A DNA stretch of 64,000 nt from Penicillus capitatus (taxonomy: Eukaryota > Plantae > Chlorophyta): the NCBI GenBank assembly GCA_965649825.1, contig OZ287695.1, forward strand, positions 434,001 through 498,000, read 5' to 3'. The notes beneath the pieces were generated by a model. That model saw only the letters and a list, made by a program, of their open reading frames with translations, made no database searches and was not told where the DNA came from. Within the stretch, counting starts at the first letter, position 1. Every line of letters starts with the position of its first letter. The position numbers and the translations under genes were made by a program. This document shows positions 48,074-59,225 of this stretch, piece by piece.

Positions 48074-48667
48074 AACGTATTGTGCAGCATGAAAATCGAG
48101 ATGATTGGTTTGGACGTCCATCCCTGGAAACATTGTGTAAATGACGACGAATCGAATGCCAATCAGCGGGCGGACCGCGGCCGCCACGCGTCAAGACACG
48201 AAGGATTGTACGACAAGAGTCGATATCGATGCAATTTGTCGATGAATGGATTTATTCACACGAGAACCATCGACGTTATTTGTACGAATGCTAATCTTTC
48301 GATTTGCGTTTGGACGACGACCGAACGGTGATCTTTTCGATTCGCGATTGGAGCTTGACGATCAACGTCTATCGAAGCGTTATCGTTCATCAACGTTCGT
48401 TGTCCAATCGGATCAAATGATCGGCAAACGAATTTCGATAATCTAAAACGCTTATTGACATAATTCGTCCTACTCGTTGCTGCTACTTACTAACTTCGCG
48501 ATTCTTTTAATGATATTTCTCGCAGCGATGTTTCTCGGCAAAAATCCCAATTCCAATCGAACGCTCTCTTCATTGAACTGGATGTACTTTGCTTTTCTAT
48601 TTGGCAAATCTGCACCGCTTAAGTTGTTGCATTTTGTTTAAAGACACACTATTTCGCTTCTTAGAAG

Positions 48668-49970
48668 ATGTATCAAGCTAAGAGTATTTATATCAGAGAA
48701 CGCCTACAGGCGCTGGAAAAGCAGGATGCGGCCAAAGCGGTCGTATCCGTGTTAAAAGAGTATAGACACAGCCTGACGTCGGATGAAATGCCTTACTTCG
48801 GCGAACGTACCAACGCAGAACGCACGCACTTGCAGGAAGACCTCAAACAAAACGTTGCAAACCTACGCTGCCTCAGCGCTAGAAAATTTAAACCAACGCT
48901 TCAGTCGTAAGACTCGCTTGCTGCCTTGTTACCGTCCAAGAAAACCCCAAAGATTCGGACTATTGCTACTCATCAATCCTACGAGTCCTGATGAAAACGC
49001 TTCACATCCGTTGCTTGTTTTCATCGTTGCACGAAAGACTGTGTTCTACAACCATAGAGTGCCATAATACTCAAGAGAGTTAAGAAGATACTCCCTTTCC
49101 ATAAACAATCGACCTAAGTGGCCCAATCTGATCCATGTATGCTGTAAAATTCTCATGCCTGTGTTAACGCGAAGGCTATGTAAATATGGAATGATCATAC
49201 GTATACAGCAAAAACCTACAAATCCGCCTCGAAAGAGAGGATGGGATGATTCCTATCGTACAACAAGAATTTACCGATACCCAAGTCTCATCTGTACTGT
49301 TAAATGCCGACGCGGTCCCATGACGTAGCAAGTTGCTTCGACGCCCCGACAACAGAAAACCAATCACGATTACATGAGGATGTAGGCAGTCCAATAGGAG
49401 AGTGTCTCGGTCAAAAAGGCACAATGGAGCGATCTCCTAATCATCTCATGTCCTTCGCTAATCTTCGACCCCTTCACATGTGCTTAACAACTAAACCGTG
49501 TCGTTGGATATATTTCTAAATGGTTGAGTGGTAATAAAACCGGCATCCGGTGCGTGAAGTCTCTCGAAGTTAACACTAACACGAGCAACAGAAGCAACTT
49601 CAAAACCACTTATGACCTGATACGATCTGCGTTGGACACAGTTCGAGAAATACACTCTTCTGGGGATTTGATTCCCGTACCGAAGAGAAAGGAGGGCGTT
49701 GCATCAGAGCTAACCCGGTTGAGCGCGGCACGTTTGGATAAATTGAATGTCTTTCGAGCGATTGGGCAACTTAGATCCAAGCTCGAGGACTGGCAACAAG
49801 ATGAAATCCTCAGTAGCGCTTCCGTCTTCGTCAAACGATGCCGCGACACATCTTGGCGATCTATCTGCTGAAACCAGAAACCTTAAATGTAAAGAACCTC
49901 TATCTTTCTGCATCACGCGTCCGTTCGATCCTCGCCGCCGTTCCCCGTTTGCGCGCATCGGAAGCAATGC
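48668..49970 (+). pseudogene. Decayed, unidentified coding relic
   Basis: Collinear protein-like frames (48668-48910, about 49400-49871 and onward) are broken by stops in an AT-richer interval. No family was recognised. Confidence 0.25.
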
Positions 49971-50816
49971 TATTGAAAACAGTGTCGCAAGGATGACGTT
50001 CGGTTCCTTTGGCGATTTCTATTATTCTTACAACAGAATGTCAATGTGATAGCGCTATGCCTCTCTTCTTTAAAGTTCCCTCCTCCAAACGCACTTTGCT
50101 GCATTTCCATATTCGTTAATTGCCTTGTGGTGCTTGATCTCCGCACAGCGGATCTTCGTCGTGTCAAGGGGCTGAGGTGACTGGAGGTCAATCAAACCAT
50201 GTAGAGCTCTATGAAGAGACAGAGACCGGCGAGACACAGATGTTGCATCCCTCTCCTCTTAGCTCTCATCTGGATGAAATACGTCACGTCAAAACATCAA
50301 GCGTGTCAGCAGTTCCCTCGATCGGTCTGATGTCTGTTCAGCGTTCTTGAAAACATTCTCCGTCAACACAAGATGATCATCTGGACCGTCGGCTATTTAG
50401 TGGATCATCGCCACCGCTCGCGTCTTATTGAATCTCTTAGACAGCAACAACAACAACCGATGATACCAACGAACTAGACGCGTGATTCTTAGGAAACCAT
50501 GCATTCCGTCGTCGTCAATAGCATAACACATCACCCAGGAATTGAATGAGGAAGAGAGAATGATATGTTCACTGAATGTTCGGCAATGAATGACGCACAA
50601 GAAACGATTCCATTCTTTGTCCTAAGCATCGGGTACCGCAAGCAAATCATCTAAACACATGAATTTATCGCTTTCCTGGCGCTAGTCATGTATGTCATCT
50701 TGTTATCATAAATTTTGATCATCAAGATAATCAGAGGGGAGGCAGAATACGTTTAGGTAAAACGAAAAACGCGAAATGGATGTGTGACAAAAAAAAGAGT
50801 GATCGTCGTCGTAAAC

Positions 50817-53800
50817 TCAAAGAAATGGTTCGATCATCCGACGGACGTCTTCCTGGTGGCCATCCAATGCCATATCCTTCCAGAAAGCCAAACGCTTCTT
50901 CATTTCAGTCAATGCTTCATCCGATTGCTTGGAAGCTTCGTTCTTGATCGTCCTGACACGTGTGGCATACTGCAATGAGTTCTGTGTTTCGTTTAGATTG
51001 GCATCTGTCGGCGAGACGTTCACAAACATGAGCGTCTTGGCATTGCCACCGAGCGAATCGGACATCAGCATCGTCAGTCTGTGATTTCGGTAAGGAATGT
51101 GCGGATCCCCTCGTGCCAGCGATGAAATGACGTCACCCAAAGCTGAAAGAGATTTATTAATCGCCTGTGCTTCTTTCAACTGTTCCCCCGCCGATCCCGA
51201 TTTCTTATTTCTTTCTGACCCAGCCAAATCGACGAAACTGAGCTTGCCTCTTGTATGAACTTGAGTCTGGAGATCTGTTGTTTCGATCACGAGGCTCATA
51301 ATGAGATGCGAGCGAGAAGAGGCAATATTGAGCCGAGTCGATGCCACACGGCGATGTCGCTGGCCCTCCTCATACACAGCCATACACTCCTCTAGCGACT
51401 GCACTTCTACTGTCGTAGCCCCCTGTACATGCACCATATTGTTCTCCTTTCGAATCTCTAGCTTCTTTGCCGCTCTGCCCTCTGGACTGGGACTCTTGGA
51501 CAGCAGCAGATCTCGGAAACTGTCTTGGTACAGCTCCAGCATCGTACATCGCACACAAAAACGAAGTTTCTCAGCGTTGTGGTGAAGAAGTCTAAAAAGC
51601 TCTTTTATGCCACGCGGTGTCAATCCTGGATTCTCAGGCGTGCCAAAGATTGTGTAGGTCTTGCCAGAGCCTGTCTGGCCATAGGCAAAGAGACAAACGT
51701 TATACCCATCGATGGATGACTGGACAAGATCCCGGCTATCATGAAAAACATCCTCCTGCGTGGCAGAAGGATGAAAGACACCGTCAAAGAAATACTCCCG
51801 GGCACCATCTTCACGTTTCCACTGATGGGCCAGAGATATATCATCCGGGAACCGCAGCACAAATTGCTGTCCCTGTTCGATTTCTCGAGGTAGAATCGAA
51901 CGCACGCGTGCATAGACACGGATGCTTCCTTTCTGATCTTCGATACTGTTATAGAGTTTCTTCCTCAGCAGTTGTTCACGTTTGTAAAGCTGCTCCAAAG
52001 ACTGAAGCTGTTCTTTCTGTCGCTCAATGATCTCGGCCTGGACAGCATCGCGCTGTTGGACGTCCGCCGCCAGCGTCTTCAATTCTGACAGTTCTGTACA
52101 GAGCACGGCAGTTGCCTCTAACTGAGACTGCGTCTCTTGATACCGCATCTTTGCTCGGGCGACTTCTTTTTCCAGGGCGACGATTCGGCCTTCTTGCAAA
52201 TTCACTCGGCTCCGGCCATCGCTCTCCACATCGAACAACGCATCCTTCCACTCCTGGATCTCCAGACATCGCTCCTCCTGTCGTTGGAAGAAGTATTCTC
52301 TCGCGGAACGCAGCGCTCGCTGACGGTTGGCCACTTTCTCTCTCCATTCCTCTTCGACCTCCAGCATTCTCTCGAGCTCCTCGACTGGAGCATCGTCTAA
52401 ACACTTGACCAAAGTCTCCTCCACACCGACGTGCGCTGTCGCATCAATGTCTGCGTCGTGTGACTCCTCGACCAGTCGAGATTGCTCGGCAAGCTGAGAC
52501 TGCAGCTGATGGATGTCCTGTTCGATGACATCCATGCACTCAGTGATCTCGCGTTTCTCTTTCTGAAGCTGGACCGTCTTTTCATGCGCCTCTCCCAACT
52601 GCCCTATCAGCTGATCTCGCTCGCGGATGTTCCTCTCGTGCTCACGGAGCAACTGTTCTCTCGTTTGGACAAACAACATATCTTCTTTCTGCATTTCTTG
52701 ATGGCTCTCTTCCATTCTCCTTTCTTCTTGGACTGACAACCACTGTTCTTGCTGTCGCGATGGGCTGTCCGGCAGAGCGGCATATCTCTGGACCATGATG
52801 TCATTGATGTGTGTCTGCAGCGCCATACAGATATCTTCTCCGTGCCGTGTCTCGAACTTGAATGTATGCATGAGACTGCAGACACGCATCTTGAAGAAGA
52901 CAGCGCTCTTGCTGGAGCCAAACTGCATGATGTCCCTCAGTTCCACTGTGTGAAGGTACTCCGATGGAACAGGGCGAAAGAAATGGACGCCTCTGTTATT
53001 AACTCCCAGCACGATTTTGGGCGGCAGCAGACCGATGGGATCATCCATTCGACCGACAGGGAAAAAGGACGACTGACCGTAGGGGAGGGATCTCAGGATC
53101 GAGAGAAAAGAATAACGTGCTTTCTCGGCCGAGGCAAATTTCATCGTGTTAAATCGGAAGAGGACATCGGCGTTCCATTCCTCTCTTGTGCCCATACGCT
53201 TGACATCTCGAAGCGTGTACCGATCGATCGCCTTGCGCAGCATCCGATCCTCTCCAGGCAACTGCGAACCAAACTCCGCAAAGAGTTGCAAGGCGCAGAG
53301 CTGTGCGGCGTCGTTGTAGACGACAGGGTAATGACTCAGAAGGTAATCATGTTGAACCTGAATGTAACAAAGAGTGAGAAATTGCGGCTCGACGATGTTC
53401 TCGTCGGAAGCACGAAACATGCGTTTCTTGAAGACCAATCGGCCAATGCGGTGTGCGTTTTGCTTCAATTCGTTCAGGACGTCAGCCATGTAGCTCTGGT
53501 CGTCCAGCAAGATGAATTCGTCATCCTGTTCTTCGGATGAGCGGCTTTCGAAGAGCGAGAAACTGTGATAGTGCGCCAAATCGATGATCTCAGCGATCTG
53601 TTCGACGGCCTCGAGGACGGTTGTGGCAATATCGAACGTCACTTCCTCACACGTGTCGTCAAGAAAATACACCACGGACTTGAGTCTCTCCTGGACCAAG
53701 GCGGCCCGGATCTCTTCGATCGAAGGGACCCATTTTCTGCCGCCCGATCGAAGGGAGCGTTTGAGAATCTTCGATACCAGAACTGCCCTGAACTTCACTT

Positions 53801-54392
53801 CCCCGTTCTCTTCATCATTGTCTGCCGCTTCGCGGACGAAATCGGATAGAAGTGTGCCGAACGTTTTTGATGGTGGTGTCGTGGCGGCCAGTAGATGAAA
53901 AAGTTGCCACAGCTGAAGACGTGATGCCGCATCCGGATTGCCTCGCAGTTGTTTCAGGAGCTGCATGTACAGCTCATCTTTCACTTCGCTATGTCGCATT
54001 GCCATTAGCAGCAGCTTCTGTGCAGCTTCCAATGCTTGGTCCATAGTTAAGCACTGGTCTTCGCTGAACCGAAGCACCAGCGAAAAGGCTTTCAGCGCCT
54101 TGGCTTGATAGGTTCCACTGCACGAACGTAACAGAGGAGCCGGAAGCGGCTCAAATTGATGCCGAAGCATCTGGTCGAGCGATACCGACGTCGCATTTCT
54201 TCTCTCCGCCTTAGTGAAGATACGAGCAAGTTTGCCCCCAGGCGTTGTTTTGTGCAGTGCCTTGTTGAACTCCGTCAGCTGAAAGAAATCCGCGCACGTA
54301 TGCAATGAGACAAGGGTAGACATCATATCCGAGACGTCGACCTCCGCGGCTCCATCCGCCACATGAGACGGTTCACTGTTGCAATCTTCCAT
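50817..54392 (-). CDS. KCBP: Kinesin-like calmodulin-binding protein (kinesin-14; MyTH4-FERM-coiled coil-C-terminal motor); intronless
   Basis: MyTH4 KDELYMQLLKQL; FERM region; motor GSIRVYARVR, FAYGQTGSGKT, SSRSH and DLAGSE; C-terminal helix EMKKRLAFWKD. A single uninterrupted 3.6-kb ORF. Confidence 0.96.
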   Translation of the reverse strand: MEDCNSEPSHVADGAAEVDVSDMMSTLVSLHTCADFFQLTEFNKALHKTTPGGKLARIFTKAERRNATSVSLDQMLRHQFEPLPAPLLRSCSGTYQAKALKAFSLVLRFSEDQCLTMDQALEAAQKLLLMAMRHSEVKDELYMQLLKQLRGNPDAASRLQLWQLFHLLAATTPPSKTFGTLLSDFVREAADNDEENGEVKFRAVLVSKILKRSLRSGGRKWVPSIEEIRAALVQERLKSVVYFLDDTCEEVTFDIATTVLEAVEQIAEIIDLAHYHSFSLFESRSSEEQDDEFILLDDQSYMADVLNELKQNAHRIGRLVFKKRMFRASDENIVEPQFLTLCYIQVQHDYLLSHYPVVYNDAAQLCALQLFAEFGSQLPGEDRMLRKAIDRYTLRDVKRMGTREEWNADVLFRFNTMKFASAEKARYSFLSILRSLPYGQSSFFPVGRMDDPIGLLPPKIVLGVNNRGVHFFRPVPSEYLHTVELRDIMQFGSSKSAVFFKMRVCSLMHTFKFETRHGEDICMALQTHINDIMVQRYAALPDSPSRQQEQWLSVQEERRMEESHQEMQKEDMLFVQTREQLLREHERNIRERDQLIGQLGEAHEKTVQLQKEKREITECMDVIEQDIHQLQSQLAEQSRLVEESHDADIDATAHVGVEETLVKCLDDAPVEELERMLEVEEEWREKVANRQRALRSAREYFFQRQEERCLEIQEWKDALFDVESDGRSRVNLQEGRIVALEKEVARAKMRYQETQSQLEATAVLCTELSELKTLAADVQQRDAVQAEIIERQKEQLQSLEQLYKREQLLRKKLYNSIEDQKGSIRVYARVRSILPREIEQGQQFVLRFPDDISLAHQWKREDGAREYFFDGVFHPSATQEDVFHDSRDLVQSSIDGYNVCLFAYGQTGSGKTYTIFGTPENPGLTPRGIKELFRLLHHNAEKLRFCVRCTMLELYQDSFRDLLLSKSPSPEGRAAKKLEIRKENNMVHVQGATTVEVQSLEECMAVYEEGQRHRRVASTRLNIASSRSHLIMSLVIETTDLQTQVHTRGKLSFVDLAGSERNKKSGSAGEQLKEAQAINKSLSALGDVISSLARGDPHIPYRNHRLTMLMSDSLGGNAKTLMFVNVSPTDANLNETQNSLQYATRVRTIKNEASKQSDEALTEMKKRLAFWKDMALDGHQEDVRRMIEPFL

Positions 54393-54835
54393 GGTTCCGA
54401 GAAGACAGATGCGAGATGACAGATGGCGTTGACTGTGGCATAGCCGCATGGATCATGCGGCGTCGATTCAGCGCGCAACGCCGCGTTCGGTCAGACGACA
54501 TCGCATCAAACATTAACACAGCACAGAAATGAATGTCCTACTCTCCGACAGAACGGCAAAGAAATCGTCATTGTCAAACGACAGCTCTGCAGGTGCAACG
54601 GTGAAGGTGATAGACGAGAGAACAGCGTCCGCAGCTGAGTGAAGGCGGACTTCAGACCGTCCGTTGCTGGTTCAGACGAGGGAAAGAATGGTAGACCCTC
54701 AGCCCATACATAGCATAGTACTAGTATCGTCACTGAAATGACAGATTCTGGACGAGACAACCAGACTTGGTAGAAAAGAAGGGATGAATGGGGAGAGTCC
54801 GTCGGTCAGGGACGTATGTGCGTGCCGTGCCGTCT

Positions 54836-56940
54836 TCAGTTATGTTTCGATGGATGTGCTTGAGATGCGGAGCCCTCTCCTTTCTCTGTCAGCACATCGA
54901 TCGAGTGATGTAAAGCTCCCTGAACCACACACAAGCGCATAGGACGTGGGCGATGGGATGGAGGCGGACCGTACCTGCAAAAAGCGCTCCTGGATCACGG
55001 CATCGCCTGACGGCTGTGTGTTGTTTCGTGAATCTGGAGCGGGTCTTCCAATTTTGGAAGGCATATCGCCTTGCTCCATTCGAGCCATCGTCTAGAAATC
55101 CATCCACACTGCAGGACGTGTCACAGGTTGGGAGTAAAGGTCACGGTGGGATGCGTGGGTGTTTCGTGCGGGGAGTGATTTCGTCGCTGTTGTGCGGCGT
55201 CGTTTGGAGCATTGTCTGTTTGTCGCTTCTCTTCTGTCATCACAAAGGTCATTGCATTTGCTGCGGCAAAAGAGTGAGATCACACTTGTGCAGGCCGAAG
55301 GCCGGGAAGATTTGTCCTGTTCATTTGTATGCCATGAACCGATGCTCCCGCCAGGCAGCTGTCCCGTCGGTCTCGGATTCAAGAAATCTGCAAAACCTTG
55401 ATTGCCTCCCGAATGAATTGGCGTCGATTCCCTGACCGACTCGACATCTCCATCTAGAAAAGAACCCAACGTGAGAGGGCCACTCTTAATAGATGTATGT
55501 CGTGGACGCACCGATGGCGGTTTGGAAGACATCTTCAAAGGCGGCGGGAAATTTGTCCGCATAGTTAAGCATGGTTCGAGTGGCATTTGTTACGCGGCTG
55601 ACACTTGCTCGGAGGGGAAACTTCGTACAGTGGTTTCCAAAAGGGTTGTCCAGGAGTGTGTGCATGTCCAGCAGCCCCTGGTACGAGAAATTTGCAATGC
55701 ACATCAACAAATAGCACCAAAAAACCATCCAGACACTCGTCTTAATGTCATCATCTGCCTTCACAGCCGCTCCCGTGCTCAGCTCAAATTTCTCACCGAT
55801 GCGTCCAGTGTGGAGAAAACAGCCAAACCAGGTCGACAGGATGATCAAGTACACGTGCACGACGAAAGAGACCAGGTGAACGTAGGGATAGGGCATTTGA
55901 GAATTGATCGTGTTGATGATGGAGCTTCCCGATTCACTGATCGTATTGACTTTGTTCAACATCAGTGGCCACATCTGTGGAGCTGAGATGATCCATCCAG
56001 CCTCGCGGCATTTGTTGAGCAGCGCGTGTACCCAGAAATAGACCATTTGATACGTTGGCATGCCTTCCCCCTCGGCCTCGTTCAGCAACTCCCACTCGTC
56101 TCGATTCATCAGTCCTTCGCTGACCATCGTATCGAATGTCAGAAGATTGCGTGGCTTGAACAGGGCGTGGGCATAGACGGGCGAGGCAGACTGTTCAGAA
56201 GACTTCCGCGTCAGGTTGTCAGATTTGAGGGTATGGTGCAAACCATTTTTCACGGAACGGAACGCTCGGCGGATTCCGTAAGACTTCAAAAACTCTTCGT
56301 TTTGCGCATCGGCCTTGGCGATGACCAACAGATGGCCAAGATTGAGCAAACGTGTGATTTCGGTTCGTGCCTGTCGAATGCGTCGATCGTTGGGATTGTT
56401 TGGATTCTGGATGGAACCAGCGACGACCATACAGAGATCTGTGGTCGTGCCCATGAGTTTCGCATAGGCCAAACGGATGGTCCACCAGCGATTAATGACG
56501 AGAGTGATGAAAAGACCCAGAATGAAGACAATGACCATACCGTAGTTAAAGATCCCTCCCAGATAAGGGTTGCCAAACATGATCACCAGCGTCGCCAGAT
56601 CGGCGTCCTGCACTCCAACGCCCGTGATGTGAATCGCTGCCATCCAAGACAGCAACAGAAGGTTCTGGACGTGAAGATAGACTTCGGAGAAGACCGTCGC
56701 TTTCCAGTTGCGTAGGATGGCAAAGGGGATCCAGCCATAGTAGTGGAGATGGGCGGGTCGGTATTTTAGGACACGGTCTGGATGGTGCTGCCACAGAATA
56801 TCGCGCTTCGGCATCCAATGCGTCGTGACGCGCTTCTCTTGAATTGCCTTGCGCGTTTGATTGCGAAAGCGGAATTCTTCGGCACGACGGCGGACGATGT
56901 CGGACAACGGAGGCGACTCGACTTCGAAAGGTGACGCCAT
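54836..56940 (-). CDS. BEST: Bestrophin-family anion channel with a spliced C-terminal tail
   Basis: FILGLFITLVINRWW, EGLMNRDE, PYPYVHLV and LDNPFG. Four GT-AG introns of about 52-57 nt extend the frame beyond ORF 55486 to a stop at 54836; the tail model is hand-spliced. Confidence 0.85.
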
Positions 56941-59225
56941 TGTAGAGGGGAGAGACGTCGCGTGGCGTCTTCTTCCGTTGCCGCGGTTGGCGAGGAGGCT
57001 GGTGGGGTTCCCGACGCGTTATCTAACTTGGCGGTCGATGGTGGACTTATGTCAGCCAATCGTTATGGAAATGCGATTCATTAGCAAGCAACGAGAGGCT
57101 GGGAGAGAATACCGAATTGGCAGGACATCGAGACAGACAAACGGAGGGACCGCGTTCATGGGTTGACCGGAAAGCCGCGTGCCATCCAATGCGACGATTT
57201 CTGAATGTTGTCGAGCACGAATGATACGATTCATGGTGACAAGGACTGTCATGTTATGCCATCCTTTTGCAATGTGATAATGCTCCTCGTTAAGCCGATG
57301 AATGGATACAGCATAACAGGCGTCTTATTGTACAGGACAGGGGCGTCGAACGTCGACCTCGCCGCTAAGTCAGTGTCTTGATATGTGGACGCGCCGTGGC
57401 ATACCGTCGAAGACGAAGATCGGGTTTTCGTCGATTTTGGCTAGAGTGGGTCGGCGTTTATCGTGAAGGGACAGACAGATCCTGCTGAAGAGTCGTTCAG
57501 AAGATGACGTCTTTCTCGCCATTGAGGCGACCGGAATGGGATCTCTTCAGTCGACGGTTCGGAGGGCGAGACGGGCGAACTATGCGGATCTCGGCATAGG
57601 GTCTGGAGAAATTGAGAAAAGGGATAAGGCGTGAAGTGCATTGCGCGTGATGACTTCCATTCCGATGCGCGTCGCACGTCGTCAGCCTTTGCACGCGCAT
57701 CGGACTGCTGTTTCATCACCAAGGCTGTTGTCCTGCAGAGAGAAGGGATAGGATTCAGCAGCGGGTGGTAAAGCTACCTGGAAATGCGAAGCTTTTGTTA
57801 GGACGTCGCAGATCACTTCGTTCTGGGACTGATCGCGAACGTCTTCGTGGGGTAATGAAACTCCTGACTTCTTCATGTGGCTAACTGAAAGCATGTGCCG
57901 TAGAGTGTGATTATCAGAGAGATTAGAGAGAAGCCTGGGAAAGTGGGCATGCTGCGAATGCCAATCCATCGAGAAGAGACCTCTTGTTTCGCCGATATCT
58001 TGGCCATTCTCAATACACTCATGAAGAAGCGAATAGGACAGCGAATGTGAATGGTGCTCATGATGGACTGCTATTGGAGAGGAACGGCACAGCAGAATGA
58101 CGATTCTCGATGGCATCGTCCGATGGAAGCCCATCATCACTTTGGATGGGGATTCGAAGAATGCAGCCAGAGGACGAGTAAAGCTACCGCTCAATCAGGC
58201 CTGGTCGTACGAGGATCGGTCCTGCCGATACCGCGGTGACGACTTTCCTCCACGGGACGACGTACTGGCTGCACGACTTACTTTCGAGAGTGATGCTAGA
58301 CGACGTTTGGACATGTTGAACCTGCTGCGTTACAAGAGTATTATTGTCACACCATCTCGATTGCCTGGCGCGTCGCTGGCAGATCCCGGGCGAAGTCAGG
58401 AGTAGTGCTAAGACTGTGGAGCTTCCCTGTCTGGTCGACTGAATGGCCATGTCCTCCCCGAGCTATGGGAGGTTAATGCAGATAGCTCTCTCTCGAGCCG
58501 CGGGAGATTAATGCGGCGGCTTTCGCGACCCTACCTCCTTGGCTACTGGAGGCTAAACGTAGCCGTCTCATGTGCAAGGCTCGTTGGAACTTGTTCCCGG
58601 CCAGACCACCCGCCCCGTAGTTGTCGGTCCGGTTTCGATGAGTGTTTTTGGGCGGTTTTTACACAAATGGCGAGACACACCCTTACAAACAATCCATAGC
58701 TTGTACATGTTTGTCCAATATGCCTCTGGCGAATGGACTTTAAGCCTCGATTAACACACACACCATCTCGATACTCTGAAGTATGTGACCGCGACGTCTT
58801 CGTGAAGAATTCGAGATAGAGCAGACAGCGAAGCGTTCCTGCCCGAGTGAACCATCGCGCACCGGATGGATGTTGGACAATGGAATCGAACACGCATCCA
58901 GCATGAAAAGCTACGGTAGATCAGAGATTGGACATTTGAATGGTAGCGGATAACGTCGCTTTATCGGAGACGAAGAGAGACGCGTTTGCAACAATGATTT
59001 GGACTTTGATTACTAAGAGCGTTTACCGCTCGAAGAGTTGAGGCTGGGTAACACTAATGGCCTTTTCCATTCGGCTGCAGGCAGCAATGAAAGACAAGAC
59101 ACATTAGGTTAGCTTGAGGACCGGCACAACAGGGCCAGTGCATTCATGCAGGGAAAAGAAAAAAATCAAAACGCATCCAACTGCTGTGGCACGTGCAATG
59201 TGCACATGAAGCCACTCAAAAAGCT

